From: Actinomycetes bacterium
GTDB lineage: Bacteria > Actinomycetota > Actinomycetes > Actinomycetales > Microbacteriaceae
Direction: 5' to 3'
Assembly (NCBI GenBank): GCA_029779645.1
Contig: JAKPAC010000030.1
Coordinates: 19,624-83,623, forward strand
Length of the DNA stretch: 64,000 nucleotides
Position 1 is the stretch's first letter, and each line of letters starts with the position of its first letter. The notes under the pieces are model-generated. The model worked only from the letters and a program-made list of their open reading frames with translations, ran no database searches and was not told the origin of the DNA. Positions 48,464 to 59,150 of this stretch are shown piece after piece. The position numbers and the translations under genes were made by a program.

Positions 48464-49729
48464 GTGAGTCGAAGCATCCAGCACGCGACCGGGCCGCGGC
48501 CCGGCGAGCCAGCCGAGCCGGCGCCGCGAGACGGCGCGCCCACGGGCGCCCGCGCGCGGCTGGGCGGGCTCATTCGCCCCCTCACCCTCCCGCAGCTGGT
48601 GGTCGACCTCGCGCTCGCCGCGGTGTTCGCGCTGCTGCTCGGGCCGCTCTCGCTGCTGATGCTGACCGCGGGCACCAGCCTCGCCGTCGCGATCGCGGTG
48701 ACCGCGCTGATGACCGTCGCCCTCGCGATCGCGCGGCTCTCGCCGGCGCTCGCGCTGCTGCTCGCCTGGATCGGCGCGCTGGTGCAGATGGGATTCGGCG
48801 CGCCCCCGCTGCCCGTCAACCTCGCGATTCTCGGCGTGCTCTATGCCACGGCCGCCTACGGCTCGCGCCTGCTCGTTCGGCTCGGCCTTGTCTCGGCGCT
48901 CTTCGGGGCGGGCGCGGTGGCCGTCTACCTCGTGGCCGTCGCCGGGTTGGCGCCCGCGGGCGGCGCGTTCAGCTGGGGCCTCTTCCTCGTCGGCGCGTCG
49001 ACCTACATCGCCTCGGCGGTCACGTTCGTGCTCGCCTGGACGGTCGGCCTCCTCGTGCGCACCGCCCAGCGCGCCAGGCGCACGCGGCTCGCCCAGGCGG
49101 CGGCCGAGCGCGAGATGCTCGTCGAGCAGGAGCGCGGGCGCATCGCGCGCGACATGCACGACGTCGTGGCGCACTCGCTCGCCGTCGTGATCGCGCAGGC
49201 CGACGGCGCCCGCTACGCGGCGCAGCACGACCCGGACGCCGGCAGCGCCGCGCTCGAGACGATCGCGGGCACCGCGCGCGCCGCGCTCGCCGACGTGCGG
49301 ATGCTGCTGACGCAGCTGCGACACAGCGAGGCCGCCGGGCCGCAGCCGACCATCGCCGATCTCGAGCAGCTCTACGCCCAGGTGCGTGCCGCGGGTGCGG
49401 CGGTGCACGTGGAGGTCGCGCCGACGCCGCCGGGGATCCCGCCCGCCGCGGTGCAGATCGCCGTGTACCGGATCCTGCAGGAGGCGCTCACGAACGCCCT
49501 GCGCCACGGCACCGGCGGCGAGGTGTGGGTGCGCCTGGCCTGGCACGCCGACCGCGTCGATCTCGAGGTGCGCAACGCGTCGCGACCCGCCGCCGCGCCG
49601 CCGCGCGCCGGGCACGGACTCGTCGGGATGGGCGAGCGCGCCGCGCTTGTCGGGGGAACCCTGAGCGCCGCGCCGCGGGGCGAGCAGTTCGTCGTCGCCG
49701 CGACCCTGCCGATCGGGGCGCCCGCGTGA
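48464..49729 (+). CDS. Sensor histidine kinase (HisKA_3 type)
   Basis: GTG start. Multi-TM N-terminus, H-box IARDMHDVVAHSLAVVIAQADGARY, and HATPase region GHGLVGMGERAALVGG. Confidence 0.85.
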   Translation: MSRSIQHATGPRPGEPAEPAPRDGAPTGARARLGGLIRPLTLPQLVVDLALAAVFALLLGPLSLLMLTAGTSLAVAIAVTALMTVALAIARLSPALALLLAWIGALVQMGFGAPPLPVNLAILGVLYATAAYGSRLLVRLGLVSALFGAGAVAVYLVAVAGLAPAGGAFSWGLFLVGASTYIASAVTFVLAWTVGLLVRTAQRARRTRLAQAAAEREMLVEQERGRIARDMHDVVAHSLAVVIAQADGARYAAQHDPDAGSAALETIAGTARAALADVRMLLTQLRHSEAAGPQPTIADLEQLYAQVRAAGAAVHVEVAPTPPGIPPAAVQIAVYRILQEALTNALRHGTGGEVWVRLAWHADRVDLEVRNASRPAAAPPRAGHGLVGMGERAALVGGTLSAAPRGEQFVVAATLPIGAPA

Positions 49730-50457
49730 TCCGCGTGCTGCTCGTCGACGACCAGGCGCTGTTTCGCGCCGGCATCCGCATGCTGGTGGATTCGCAGCCG
49801 GACCTCGAGGTCGTCGGTGAGGCGGGCGATGGGCGCCAGGCGATCGAGGCCTGGCGGGAGCTGCGCCCCGACGTCATCCTCATGGACATCCGGATGCCCG
49901 TGATGGACGGCATCGAGGCGACCGCCGCGATCCTGGCGGAGGCGGAGGCGGAGGCGGAGGCGGAGGCGGAGGCGGAGGCGGAGGCGGGCGCACCCGCGGG
50001 CGCGCCCGGCGGTCAGGCGTCGCTGGATGCCCCGGCCACGCCCCGCATCCTCGTGCTGACCACCTTCGACCTCGACGAGGCCGCGGCCCGCGCGATCCGC
50101 GGCGGGGCGAGCGGCTTCGTGCTCAAGGACGCGGCGCCCGAGCTCCTGCTCGCATCGGTGCGCACCGTGCACGCCGGCAGCGCGGTGATCGCGGCGAGCG
50201 CGACCCGGCAGCTGTTCGAGCATTTCGGGCGGCCGCCGGCGGCGGCATCCACCCCCGACGCATGGATGCTGCTGACCGAGCGCGAGCGCGAGATCTTCGC
50301 CCTCGCGGCCCGGGGCCTCAGCAACGCCGAGATCGCGGCCGCCGAGTTTCTCTCGGAGGCGACCGTGAAGACGCACATCAGCCGGATCCTCGCCAAGCTC
50401 GCGCTGCGCGACCGGGTGCAGCTGGTGGTCTTCGCGTTCGAGCACGGGCTCGCGTAG
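49726..50457 (+). CDS. Response regulator, NarL/LuxR family, with a repeat insertion in the receiver domain
   Basis: GTGA overlap with the kinase. VLLVDDQALFR...ILMDIRMPVMDG, then (AE)8 plus a Gly/Pro/Ala linker, then RILVLTTF. Lux[40 protein letters not shown]. Confidence 0.9.
   Translation: MIRVLLVDDQALFRAGIRMLVDSQPDLEVVGEAGDGRQAIEAWRELRPDVILMDIRMPVMDGIEATAAILAEAEAEAEAEAEAEAEAGAPAGAPGGQASLDAPATPRILVLTTFDLDEAAARAIRGGASGFVLKDAAPELLLASVRTVHAGSAVIAASATRQLFEHFGRPPAAASTPDAWMLLTEREREIFALAARGLSNAEIAAAEFLSEATVKTHISRILAKLALRDRVQLVVFAFEHGLA
49936..49983 (+). repeat. Perfect hexanucleotide microsatellite (GCGGAG)x8 inside the response-regulator CDS
   Basis: Eight perfect units counted at 49936-49983, with a ninth diverged unit GCGGGC. 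Encodes AEAEAEAEAEAEAEAE. Confidence 0.95.
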
Positions 50458-50577
50458 GGCCCGGGGGTCTCCGCCCGCGTCGCCCGCACCGCCGCACCGA
50501 ACATCATCCGAGCGATGTACTCCGGATACCTCCGGCGCCCGACGACGCCCAAACGCGCGCTCCGTAGCGTCGAAGAC

Positions 50578-51335
<758 letters not shown>

Positions 51336-51339
<4 letters not shown>

Positions 51340-52811
51340 CCGCGGTGCTGGAGCACCCGGGGTCCGCGGCATCCACCGCGCCGGCGCGGCCCCGGCGCCT
51401 CGCCTGGCTTCGCGAGCGCGGCATGGGCGCGACCGTGCTCGTCGCGGCCATCTCGAGCGCGTTCGGGGTCGTGCTGATCGCGACCACCGGCTACATCACC
51501 TCGATCGTGCGGGCCGACGCGCAGCTCGGCGAGAGCGGCTCGATCGCGTTCGTGCTCGGCATCGTCACGGTCGTGTTCGTCGGACTCGCGGTCTACATCG
51601 CGTCGATCGTCACGGCGAACACCTTCGCCACGGTGATCGCGGGCCGCACCCGCCAGATCGCGCTCATGCGCCTGATCGGCGCCTCGGCGCGCTCGCAGCG
51701 GCAGCGGGTGGCGGCGCAGGGCCTCGTCGTCGGCGTGCTCGGCGCGCTGGCGGGGCTGCTGGCCGGCATCGCGCTCGCGGCGCTCGGGATCTGGGCGGTC
51801 GAGCGGATGCTGCAGCTCGGCGAGATCCCGCACACCCTGCTCGATCCGGCCTTCGGGCTCCCGGCCATCGTCGTGGCGCTCACGACCTGGGCGGCGGCGT
51901 GGGCCGGCTCGCGCGCCGTGCTGCGCGTCACCCCGCTGCAGGCGCTCGCTGGCTCGGTGCCCGCGACGCACGGCGACGCGGGCGCTCGTCGGGGTCGGGG
52001 CGGCGCCGCGATCGCCCTGCTCGTCGTCGGCGCCGCGCTGCTGGCCCTCGGCGTGCTCGCGGGGCTGGTCTCGCCGCTCGGCGTGCTGATCGCGTTCGCC
52101 GGCGGCGTCCTGTCATTCACTGGCATCGCGCTCGGCGCGGTGATGCTCATGCCTCCGGTGCTGCGGCTGATCGGGCGCCTCTTCGGCGGCTCGGCGACGG
52201 CCCGGCTCGCCGCGCAGAACGCGCTGCGGCATCCCGCCCGCTCGTCGCGCATGGCGATCGGCGTCGTCATGGGGGTTGCGCTCGTCACGATGTTCGCCGT
52301 GGCGCTCGAATCGATGAAGCAGGTGCTCGCGGCCGAGCTCGGGAGCGAGCCGCCGGCGGAGCTCGCCGCGGTCATCGACACCGTCTCGGCCGTGATGATG
52401 GCGCTCGTCGGGGTGTCGGCCGTGATCGCGGCCGTGGGCATGGTGAACCTGCTCACGATCGGCGTCGTCCAGCGCCGACGCGAGCTCGGACTGCTGCGCG
52501 CGCTCGGGCTGTCGAACCGGCAGGTGCGCGCCATGGTGATGCTCGAGGCGGTGCACATCGCGATCGCGGCGCTCGTGGCCGGGCTCGCACTCGGCATCGC
52601 CTACGGCTGGGCCGGCGCGCAGTCGGTGTTCGGCTCGATGTCGACCGACGCGAGCGGTGCGACGGGGCCGACCCTGGTGTGGCCGGCCGTGCCGCTGTGG
52701 CCGATGGCGGCGGTGATCAGCGCGACCGTGGTGCTCACGCTCATCGCCACCGTGGTGCCGACCCGGCTCGCGACCCGCGTCGCGCCGGTGGAGGCGCTCG
52801 CCGCGGACTGA
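51336..52811 (+). CDS. FtsX-like ABC transporter permease
   Basis: ATGA overlap with the ATPase. 491 aa with two clusters of TM helices, each in the typical FtsX-domain arrangement. Confidence 0.8.
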
Positions 52812-52869
52812 GCGCGGGCGGTCCGCGAGCGGCGGCGGTCGGCACGATCGGGACGTGTCGGCCGCCGCC

Positions 52870-53427
52870 TCACGCCGGCGGCGCCGCGGAGTCCGCGCTC
52901 GGGTCCACACCCGGCTGCGCGGCGCCGGGCCCGGGCTCCGGGTCGTGCGCCCAGCTCGGCGCGAGCGCCTTCACCCGGGCCTCCCGCCACTGCCACGTCG
53001 CCCAGAGCGCGGGCCACAGCAGCGGCGCGATCCCGCCGCGGATCACGAGCCGGTCGCGCCATAGTGTTCGCGAGGGATCGCCGGGGGCGGACGAGACGGC
53101 CATCTGGTGATCCCAGACGTCGAGGCCCGCGAGGGGGCCGGTGAGCGGCATGCCGCTGTCGCGGAAGATCCAGACCTCGCCGTGCTCGTCGGTGACCTCG
53201 CGGTCGCTCACCGAGATGAGCTGGCGGCCCATCGGCACGAGCCCGCCGAGCGAGAGCTGCACCCCGGCGTCGGCGCCCGGCTCCCACGAGCTCGGGAACT
53301 CGGCGTCCAGCAGCGGCTGCACGTGCAGCAGCGGCCCGTAGAGCTCGGCCACGGCGCGGGGCGAGTGCAGCGCGCGCCACGCGGCATCCACGTCGCAGTC
53401 GATCACGAATTTCAGCAGGATTCGCAC
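52870..53427 (-). CDS. Hypothetical protein, possibly SRPBCC/START-like
   Basis: 185 aa. N-terminal pattern MRILLKFVIDCDVDAAWRALHSP is typical of SRPBCC folds. Weak assignment. Confidence 0.45.
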   Translation of the reverse strand: MRILLKFVIDCDVDAAWRALHSPRAVAELYGPLLHVQPLLDAEFPSSWEPGADAGVQLSLGGLVPMGRQLISVSDREVTDEHGEVWIFRDSGMPLTGPLAGLDVWDHQMAVSSAPGDPSRTLWRDRLVIRGGIAPLLWPALWATWQWREARVKALAPSWAHDPEPGPGAAQPGVDPSADSAAPPA

Positions 53428-53456
53428 GCCGCCAGTCTCGCACTGCCTAGGCTTGC

Positions 53457-54185
53457 GTGGTGAGCGCTTTCGACCAGTCGAGCTACCAGGTGCGATTCGA
53501 TTGGGGGATCGAGGGCCTCGAGCGGCTGCATCCCGCCGATGTCATCGTGGTCGTCGACGTGCTGCGGTTCAGCACCGCGGCCACCTCGGCGGTGGAGGCC
53601 GGTCGCGTCATCCCGCTGCTGGCGGGGCTCTCGCGCAACGGCGCACCGATCGCGCACGCGGCCGCCGCCCAGACGCAGCGCGGCGCGACCGTGCTGCTCG
53701 GCAGCCTGCGCAACCGCACGGCCGTCGCCGACGCGATCGTCCGAGCGCAGCTCGCCCGCGGCGGCCGGGTCTCGGTCGCCGTCATCGCGGCGGGTGAGCG
53801 CGCGCCGCGCAGCGCCCCGGTGCCGATGCTCCTCGGCCCGCTCACGCCCGACACCCGCGAGCGCGTCGCGCGCGCCGGCGCGGCCGCAGAGCGAGCGGCC
53901 GCGGTGACGCCCCGCTTCTCGGTCGAAGACCTCCTCGGGGCGGGCGCCGTGATCGACGCGCTCATCGCGCGCGGGGTCGACCACTGCTCGCCCGAGGCGG
54001 CGGTCGCCGCCGAGGGCTTCGCCGCGCTCCAGCGCGGCGTGGGGCACCTGATCGGCGCCAGTGGCTCCGGCCGCGAGCTGACCGCGGCCGGTCTCGGCGC
54101 CGACGTGGCGCACGCCGCAGAGCTCGACGCGAGCACGGCCGTGCCGGTGCTGCGCGGCGAGCAGTTCGTGCGGCTCGAGGGCTGA
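53457..54185 (+). CDS. 2-phosphosulfolactate phosphatase (ComB) family protein
   Basis: GTG start. VVVDVLRFSTAATSAVEAG resembles the family's DVLRxST motif. Confidence 0.55.
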   Translation: MVSAFDQSSYQVRFDWGIEGLERLHPADVIVVVDVLRFSTAATSAVEAGRVIPLLAGLSRNGAPIAHAAAAQTQRGATVLLGSLRNRTAVADAIVRAQLARGGRVSVAVIAAGERAPRSAPVPMLLGPLTPDTRERVARAGAAAERAAAVTPRFSVEDLLGAGAVIDALIARGVDHCSPEAAVAAEGFAALQRGVGHLIGASGSGRELTAAGLGADVAHAAELDASTAVPVLRGEQFVRLEG

Positions 54186-54254
54186 GCGCCGGCGCGTGCC
54201 GCCCGCGCCGCGCGGGCGGTCGCCCGGGCGCCGCGCCGCGAGGGGAGCGCGCCC

Positions 54255-54743
54255 CTAGCGCGGCTGCAGCGCCGCCCGCCGATCCGCCGCGGTGATCTCG
54301 CGCTTCTCCCACGTGAACAGGAACCGCGGGTCGTAGTGCGGTGCGCACTTCACGCACGACGCCGCCCGGGTCGGGCGCCGATGTCGATAGGCCACGTGCC
54401 CGGCCGGGCACGTGCCGATCCAAGGTGCGAGCTCGACGGCGGTCTCTCCCATGTGGGTGCGGCCGCCGACGTAGCCGAGGTCGCGCGCGGCGGTGAGCCA
54501 GCGCGCGCCGTGGGCGGCGGCGGGGCCGACCAGGGCGTGCGCGACCTCGTGCAGCAGGATCTGGTGCACGTCGTCGTCATCGAAGCGCGCCGCGAGGTAG
54601 CGCGACACCGTGATGCGCTTGCGCGTGAAGTCGCACTGGCCCGCGCGACGCTTGGCATTGTCGAACGCGAACGACCACGACTCGTCGAGGTGGAGGGCGA
54701 TCAGGGCGTCCGCCCAGTGGCGGACCCGGTTCAGCTCAGACAT
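54255..54743 (-). CDS. SprT-like zinc metalloprotease domain protein
   Basis: HExxH motif ILLHEVAHAL, plus C-terminal Cys residues (CPAGH...CVKC) typical of the SprT zinc ribbon. Confidence 0.75.
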   Translation of the reverse strand: MSELNRVRHWADALIALHLDESWSFAFDNAKRRAGQCDFTRKRITVSRYLAARFDDDDVHQILLHEVAHALVGPAAAHGARWLTAARDLGYVGGRTHMGETAVELAPWIGTCPAGHVAYRHRRPTRAASCVKCAPHYDPRFLFTWEKREITAADRRAALQPR

Positions 54744-54829
54744 GGCGCAACCTTAGAACATAGCTGCGACACTGCGTCGCGACATCCACAGCGCCGCCCG
54801 CAGGTTTCTCCTGTGCATCGAGCGCGGCG

Positions 54830-55354
54830 TCAGCTCGCCGCCTGCTGCGCGCGACGCCGGTCCGCGGCATCCACCGCGAGCAGCGCCGATTCGATCTGGG
54901 CATCGGCGGCGCCGGACTCCTGGCGAAGAAACAGCGCGCGCTTGAAGTCGCCGCGGGCGCGCTCGAAGTCACCGGCGTCGAAGTGGGTCTTGCCCCGGTG
55001 CTGCAGCGCGAAGGCGGCGATCGACGGCCAGCCCTGGCCCTCGGCCTCGGCGGCGCAGGTGGTCAGCTCGTGCTCGGCGGCCGCGTACGCGCCCCGCCAC
55101 TGGTTGATCGTCGCGTGCAGGATGCGGGCGCGCAGCAGGTCTTTGCGGGTGCCGGCCATGCGGGCCACGCGCACCGACTCCTCAGAGATCACCAGGGCGT
55201 CTTCGAGGCGGCCGAGCACCTTCAGCAGCCAGACGCGCTCGAGCAGGGCCTGCAGGCTGCGCTGCTCTCCGAGCTCGGCGAGGCGTGCGCTGCACGCGTC
55301 GAGATCGACCTGCTCGCGCAGGGTCTCGGGGTCGTAACCGAGGATGAGGCTCAT
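54830..55354 (-). CDS. Hypothetical helical-repeat (TPR-like) protein
   Basis: 174 aa, all-helical repeat appearance (GKTHFDAGDFERARGDFKRALFLRQ). No firm family. Confidence 0.5.
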   Translation of the reverse strand: MSLILGYDPETLREQVDLDACSARLAELGEQRSLQALLERVWLLKVLGRLEDALVISEESVRVARMAGTRKDLLRARILHATINQWRGAYAAAEHELTTCAAEAEGQGWPSIAAFALQHRGKTHFDAGDFERARGDFKRALFLRQESGAADAQIESALLAVDAADRRRAQQAAS

Positions 55355-55543
55355 GGCGGCTCCCTCCGGGTCAGTCGGCAGACGAGGGCCGGCGAATCGT
55401 CTGCATACCAGTGTGCCCGAGGCGCGTGCGGGCGGGCCGAGCGACTCGCCTCGCGGCGAAAGCGTGGCAGCGGACGCAGGGCGGTGGATGCGCGATCCGC
55501 GGGCGCGCTCTTGGGCCGCGGGCGGCTCGGGTCGCGCCGGGCG

Positions 55544-56410
55544 TCAGCGCCCGAAGATCCCCGCGTCGGGCCTCGGGGAGGCGACGGCCGCGTCGTCCAT
55601 CACGATCGCCGCGCCCCTGGCGAGCTCGTCGACCTCGCGCCCCGCCGCCACCTTCGCCGGGTGCGGACCCGCCGCCATCAGCCGCGGCAGCCAGTCCATG
55701 GGCAGCGGCCGCGCCGAGCCCGCCAGCACGAGATTGCCGAAACGGCGCCCCTTGAGCACCTGGGCCTCGGCCAGCACGAGCACGTGCGGCAGCACCGCCT
55801 GCAGCGTGGCGATCTGGCGCCGGGCGTAGGCGAGGCCGGGGCCGTCGGCGAGGTTCACGAGCAGCGCGCCGTCGGGCGCGAGCACGGCGGATGCCTCGCG
55901 GTAGAACTCGAGGGAGGTGACGTGCGCGGGGGTCTGGGCGCCGGCGAACACGTCCGACACGAGCAGATCCGCCGTGCCGCGCAGGCCGCTCGGCAGCGCG
56001 CGCAGCACCGCGCGGGCGTCGCCGTGGCGCACGCGGATGGACGCGCCCCTGGGAAGGGGGAGCGCGCCGCGCACGAGGTCGACGAGCGCCGACTCGATCT
56101 CGATCACCTGCTGGCGCGAACCGTGTCTGGTCGCCTCGATGTAGCGCGGGATCGTCATCGCGCCCGCGCCGAGGTGGATCGCCGTGAGCGGCGCGCCGGG
56201 GGCGCGCAGCTGGTCGATGACCGCGCCCATCCGCGCCACGTACTCGAAGTGCAGGTGCGTCGGGTCCTCGAGGTCGACGTGTGACTGCGGGGTGCCGTCG
56301 ACGATCAGCTCGTACCCGCTCGTGAAGCTCGATTCGACGATCTGCGCGTACGTGCCGTCGGAAAGGCGCGCGGTCGGGGCATCCGCACGGTCTCTGCGCT
56401 GTCTGGTCAC
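55544..56410 (-). CDS. Spermidine-synthase-like SAM-dependent methyltransferase-fold protein
   Basis: Start GTG 56410 or 56416. IHLGAGAMTIPRY (GxGxG-like), QVIEIESALV, LLVSDVFAG, and LVNLADGPGL. Confidence 0.55.
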   Translation of the reverse strand: MTRQRRDRADAPTARLSDGTYAQIVESSFTSGYELIVDGTPQSHVDLEDPTHLHFEYVARMGAVIDQLRAPGAPLTAIHLGAGAMTIPRYIEATRHGSRQQVIEIESALVDLVRGALPLPRGASIRVRHGDARAVLRALPSGLRGTADLLVSDVFAGAQTPAHVTSLEFYREASAVLAPDGALLVNLADGPGLAYARRQIATLQAVLPHVLVLAEAQVLKGRRFGNLVLAGSARPLPMDWLPRLMAAGPHPAKVAAGREVDELARGAAIVMDDAAVASPRPDAGIFGR

Positions 56411-56533
56411 GTGCACGAGCCTATGCCGCGCCGGTGTCGCCGTCGGCGGCGCGCCCGGCGCGGCCCGCTCGAGCACCGGACGAGCACCGCACCGACCCCG
56501 GAGCTGCCCCGCGCCCGGCGCTATCGTGGGGGC

Positions 56534-57286
56534 ATGTCGATCGACCTCAACAGCGATCTCGGCGAGACCTGGCGGGGCGCGCCCACCGGCGATGACGAGG
56601 CGATGTTCGCGCTGATCTCGAGCGCCAACATCGCCTGCGGCTTCCACGCAGGCGACGAGGCGACCATGCGCGCGAGCGTCGCCCGCGCCGCCCGCTTCGG
56701 CGTCGCGATCGGCGCGCACCCCTCCTACGACGACCGCGAGCACTTCGGCCGGCGCGACGTCGACGTCGCGCCCGATGCCCTGCGGGGGCAGCTCGCCGCG
56801 CAGTTCGACGCCCTCCGTGCCGCCGGCGCCGACATCCGCTACGTCAAGCCGCACGGCGCGCTCTACAACCGGATCGTGCACGACGCCGCGCAGGCGGGCG
56901 CGGTCGCCGGAGCGGTCGTCGCGTTCGCCGAGGCGCTCGGGCGGCCGCTGCCCCTGCTCGGGCTCGGCGGCGAGATCGAGGCTGCGGCGACGGCCTGCGG
57001 CATCCCGTTCCTGCGCGAGGCGTTCCTCGACCGCGGCTACGCGCCCGATGGCACGCTCGTGCCGCGCGATGCGCCGGGCGCCGTGCTCGACTCGGCGGCC
57101 CAGCTCGCCGAGCGCGCGATCCGGCTGGTGCGGCACGGCGAGCTCGTCGCCGTCGACGGCACGCGCATTCGGGTGGATGCCGCGTCGCTGTGCGTGCACG
57201 GCGACACCCCCGCCGCCGTGCGCATGACCGCCGCGGTGCGCGAGGCGCTCGAGGGCGAGGGCATCGCGGTGCGGCCGCCGTGGTGA
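56534..57286 (+). CDS. pxpA: 5-oxoprolinase subunit A (LamB/YcsF family)
   Basis: MSIDLNSDLGE...ANIACGFHAGD...GAHPSYDD is typical of the family. GTGA overlap with pxpB. Confidence 0.85.
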   Translation: MSIDLNSDLGETWRGAPTGDDEAMFALISSANIACGFHAGDEATMRASVARAARFGVAIGAHPSYDDREHFGRRDVDVAPDALRGQLAAQFDALRAAGADIRYVKPHGALYNRIVHDAAQAGAVAGAVVAFAEALGRPLPLLGLGGEIEAAATACGIPFLREAFLDRGYAPDGTLVPRDAPGAVLDSAAQLAERAIRLVRHGELVAVDGTRIRVDAASLCVHGDTPAAVRMTAAVREALEGEGIAVRPPW

Positions 57287-57939
57287 GCCGGGCCGGGCCG
57301 GCGCGCCTGCTGCCGATGGGAGCCCGCGCCGTGCTCGTGGAGCTCGACGGCCTCGACGAGGTGCTCGAGCTCGCCGGCGCGCTCCAGGCCGCGCGCCCGC
57401 CCGGGGTCGTCGACCTCGTGCCGGCCGCGCGGACGGTGCTGGTGCAGATCGACCTCGACCGGCTGACGCTCGCCCAGGCGCGCGCCTGGATCGAGGGGGT
57501 GGCGGCCGGCCCGCGCTCCGGAGTCGGCGGGAGCGGCGGCGCCGCCGCTCCCGCCCGTTCCCACCTCATCGACGTGCGCTACGACGGCCCGGATCTCGCC
57601 GCGCTCGCCGCGGCGCTCGGCATGACGTCGGGCGAGCTCGTCGAGCGTCACACCGCCGCGCCCTGGCGCGTGGCGTTCACCGGCTTCGCCCCCGGCTTCG
57701 GCTACCTGGTCAGCCCGGCGTGGCCCTTCGACGTGCCGCGGCTGCGCGCGCCGCGCACCGCGGTGCCGGCGGGATCGCTCGGGCTCGCGGCCGAGTTCAG
57801 CGGCGTCTACCCCCGCCAGACGCCAGGCGGCTGGCAGCTGATCGGCACCGCCGCGACCCGCGTGTTCGACCCGCTCGCGGCCGAGCCCGCGCTGCTGGCG
57901 CCCGGCGACCTCGTGCGATTCCGGGCGGCCGGCGCATGA
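57283..57939 (+). CDS. pxpB: 5-oxoprolinase subunit B (KipI / allophanate hydrolase subunit 1 family)
   Basis: Sits between pxpA and pxpC with overlapping start and stop codons. FTGFAPGFGYL motif. Confidence 0.8.
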   Translation: MSRAGPARLLPMGARAVLVELDGLDEVLELAGALQAARPPGVVDLVPAARTVLVQIDLDRLTLAQARAWIEGVAAGPRSGVGGSGGAAAPARSHLIDVRYDGPDLAALAAALGMTSGELVERHTAAPWRVAFTGFAPGFGYLVSPAWPFDVPRLRAPRTAVPAGSLGLAAEFSGVYPRQTPGGWQLIGTAATRVFDPLAAEPALLAPGDLVRFRAAGA

Positions 57940-58880
57940 TCGGCCCCGCCATCCTCGTCGAGGCGCCCGGGCTGCTCGCCACGGTACAGGACCGCGGTCG
58001 CCCCGGGCGGGCCGCGCAGGGCATCGCGCCCTCCGGCGCGCTCGACCGCGGCGCGCTCGCGCTCGCCAACCGACTGCTCGGCAACACGCGGGATGCCGCG
58101 GCCCTCGAGATCACGATGGGCGGATTCTCGGCGGTGCTGCTGCCGTCGGGCGGCCCCGCGCGCGGCGGCGGGCAGCCGGGCGTCGCCCCGCGCGAGGCCG
58201 ACGAGCCGCGCGAGCCGCGCGGCCTCTGGATCGCCCTCACCGGAGCCCGCGGCGACGCCGAGATCGACGGCCGGGGCTTCGGCCCGAACCAGGCGGTGCT
58301 GTGGCCCTTCGGCACTCGGCTGCGCATCGGGATGGCGGTCGCCGGCTCGCGGTTCTGCCTGGGCGTCCGCGGCGGCGTCGACGCGCCGATCGTCGCGGGC
58401 TCGCGCTCGAGCGATGTGCTCGCGGGCCTCGGGCGCCCGCCGCTCGCGCCCGGCGACGCGCTCGCCATCGCCGCCGAGGTCGCCGGCCCGATCCCCGCCG
58501 CCGAGCCGGTGCCGTGGGGCGTCACCCGGGCGCTGCTCGAGGTGGCGCTCGCGCCCGGGCCGCGCGCCGACTGGTTCGCGCCGTCCGCGAGCGCTGCCCT
58601 GTTCGGCGAGCCGTGGCTCGTCTCGAACGACGCGAACCGCGTCGGGATGCGCCTGCTCGGCCCCGCGCTCCAGCGGGTTCGCGAGGGCGAGCTGCCGAGC
58701 GAGGGCATGGTGGTGGGGGCCGTGCAGGTGCCGCCGTCGGGCCTGCCGACGGTGCTCCTGGCCGACGGGCCGGTCACCGGGGGCTATCCTGTGATCGCAG
58801 TGGTCGCCGCGGCATCCCTCGATCTGCTCGCGCAGGCCAGGCCGGGTGAGCGCCTCGTCTTTCGGCGCGCGCTGCCGTGA
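57936..58880 (+). CDS. pxpC: 5-oxoprolinase subunit C (KipA / allophanate hydrolase subunit 2 family)
   Basis: ATGA overlap. GLLATVQDRGRPG...G(I)APSGALD, and C-terminal GGYPVIAVV motif. Confidence 0.8.
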   Translation: MIGPAILVEAPGLLATVQDRGRPGRAAQGIAPSGALDRGALALANRLLGNTRDAAALEITMGGFSAVLLPSGGPARGGGQPGVAPREADEPREPRGLWIALTGARGDAEIDGRGFGPNQAVLWPFGTRLRIGMAVAGSRFCLGVRGGVDAPIVAGSRSSDVLAGLGRPPLAPGDALAIAAEVAGPIPAAEPVPWGVTRALLEVALAPGPRADWFAPSASAALFGEPWLVSNDANRVGMRLLGPALQRVREGELPSEGMVVGAVQVPPSGLPTVLLADGPVTGGYPVIAVVAAASLDLLAQARPGERLVFRRALP

Positions 58881-58948
58881 ATCGGCCGTGAGGCCGGACC
58901 GAATCGCGAAGTTATACCGCAGGTACACCGAGTCGTCAAGATTTGGAC

Positions 58949-58977
58949 TGGACACGCCGCCGTTTGCGGAATATAGT
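58949..58977 (+). promoter_or_regulatory. Candidate rpoB promoter (TGGACA-N17-TATAGT)
   Basis: -35-like 58949-58954 and -10 58972-58977, in the lower-GC spacer about 175 nt upstream of the rpoB start. Confidence 0.3.
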
Positions 58978-59150
58978 TGTTCCTTGCGCTCCTAGATTCC
59001 CCCTGCCCTCATATGGTGGTCGGCTCGTGCTCCCCGCGCCCGTGCAGTATTCACTGCGTTTGGTGTGACGCGGATGCTCGGGGGACTGGTGAGTTCTTCA
59101 TCCAACGACCAGGAATCACGAGCCCTCACGGGCCCATGGAGGTTATCCCC

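Noticed and set aside
49936-49983. Whether the repeat array is a CRISPR or another spacer-containing array.
   Set aside because: The units are 6 nt, contiguous and without spacers, and they lie in frame inside a CDS. It is a coding microsatellite.
58977-59150. Upstream extension of the rpoB ORF ([18 protein letters not shown]...).
   Set aside because: This is lower-GC leader sequence with poor codon bias. Conserved RpoB sequence begins at LAAARNAS, and a GGAGG lies 8 nt upstream of TTG 59151.
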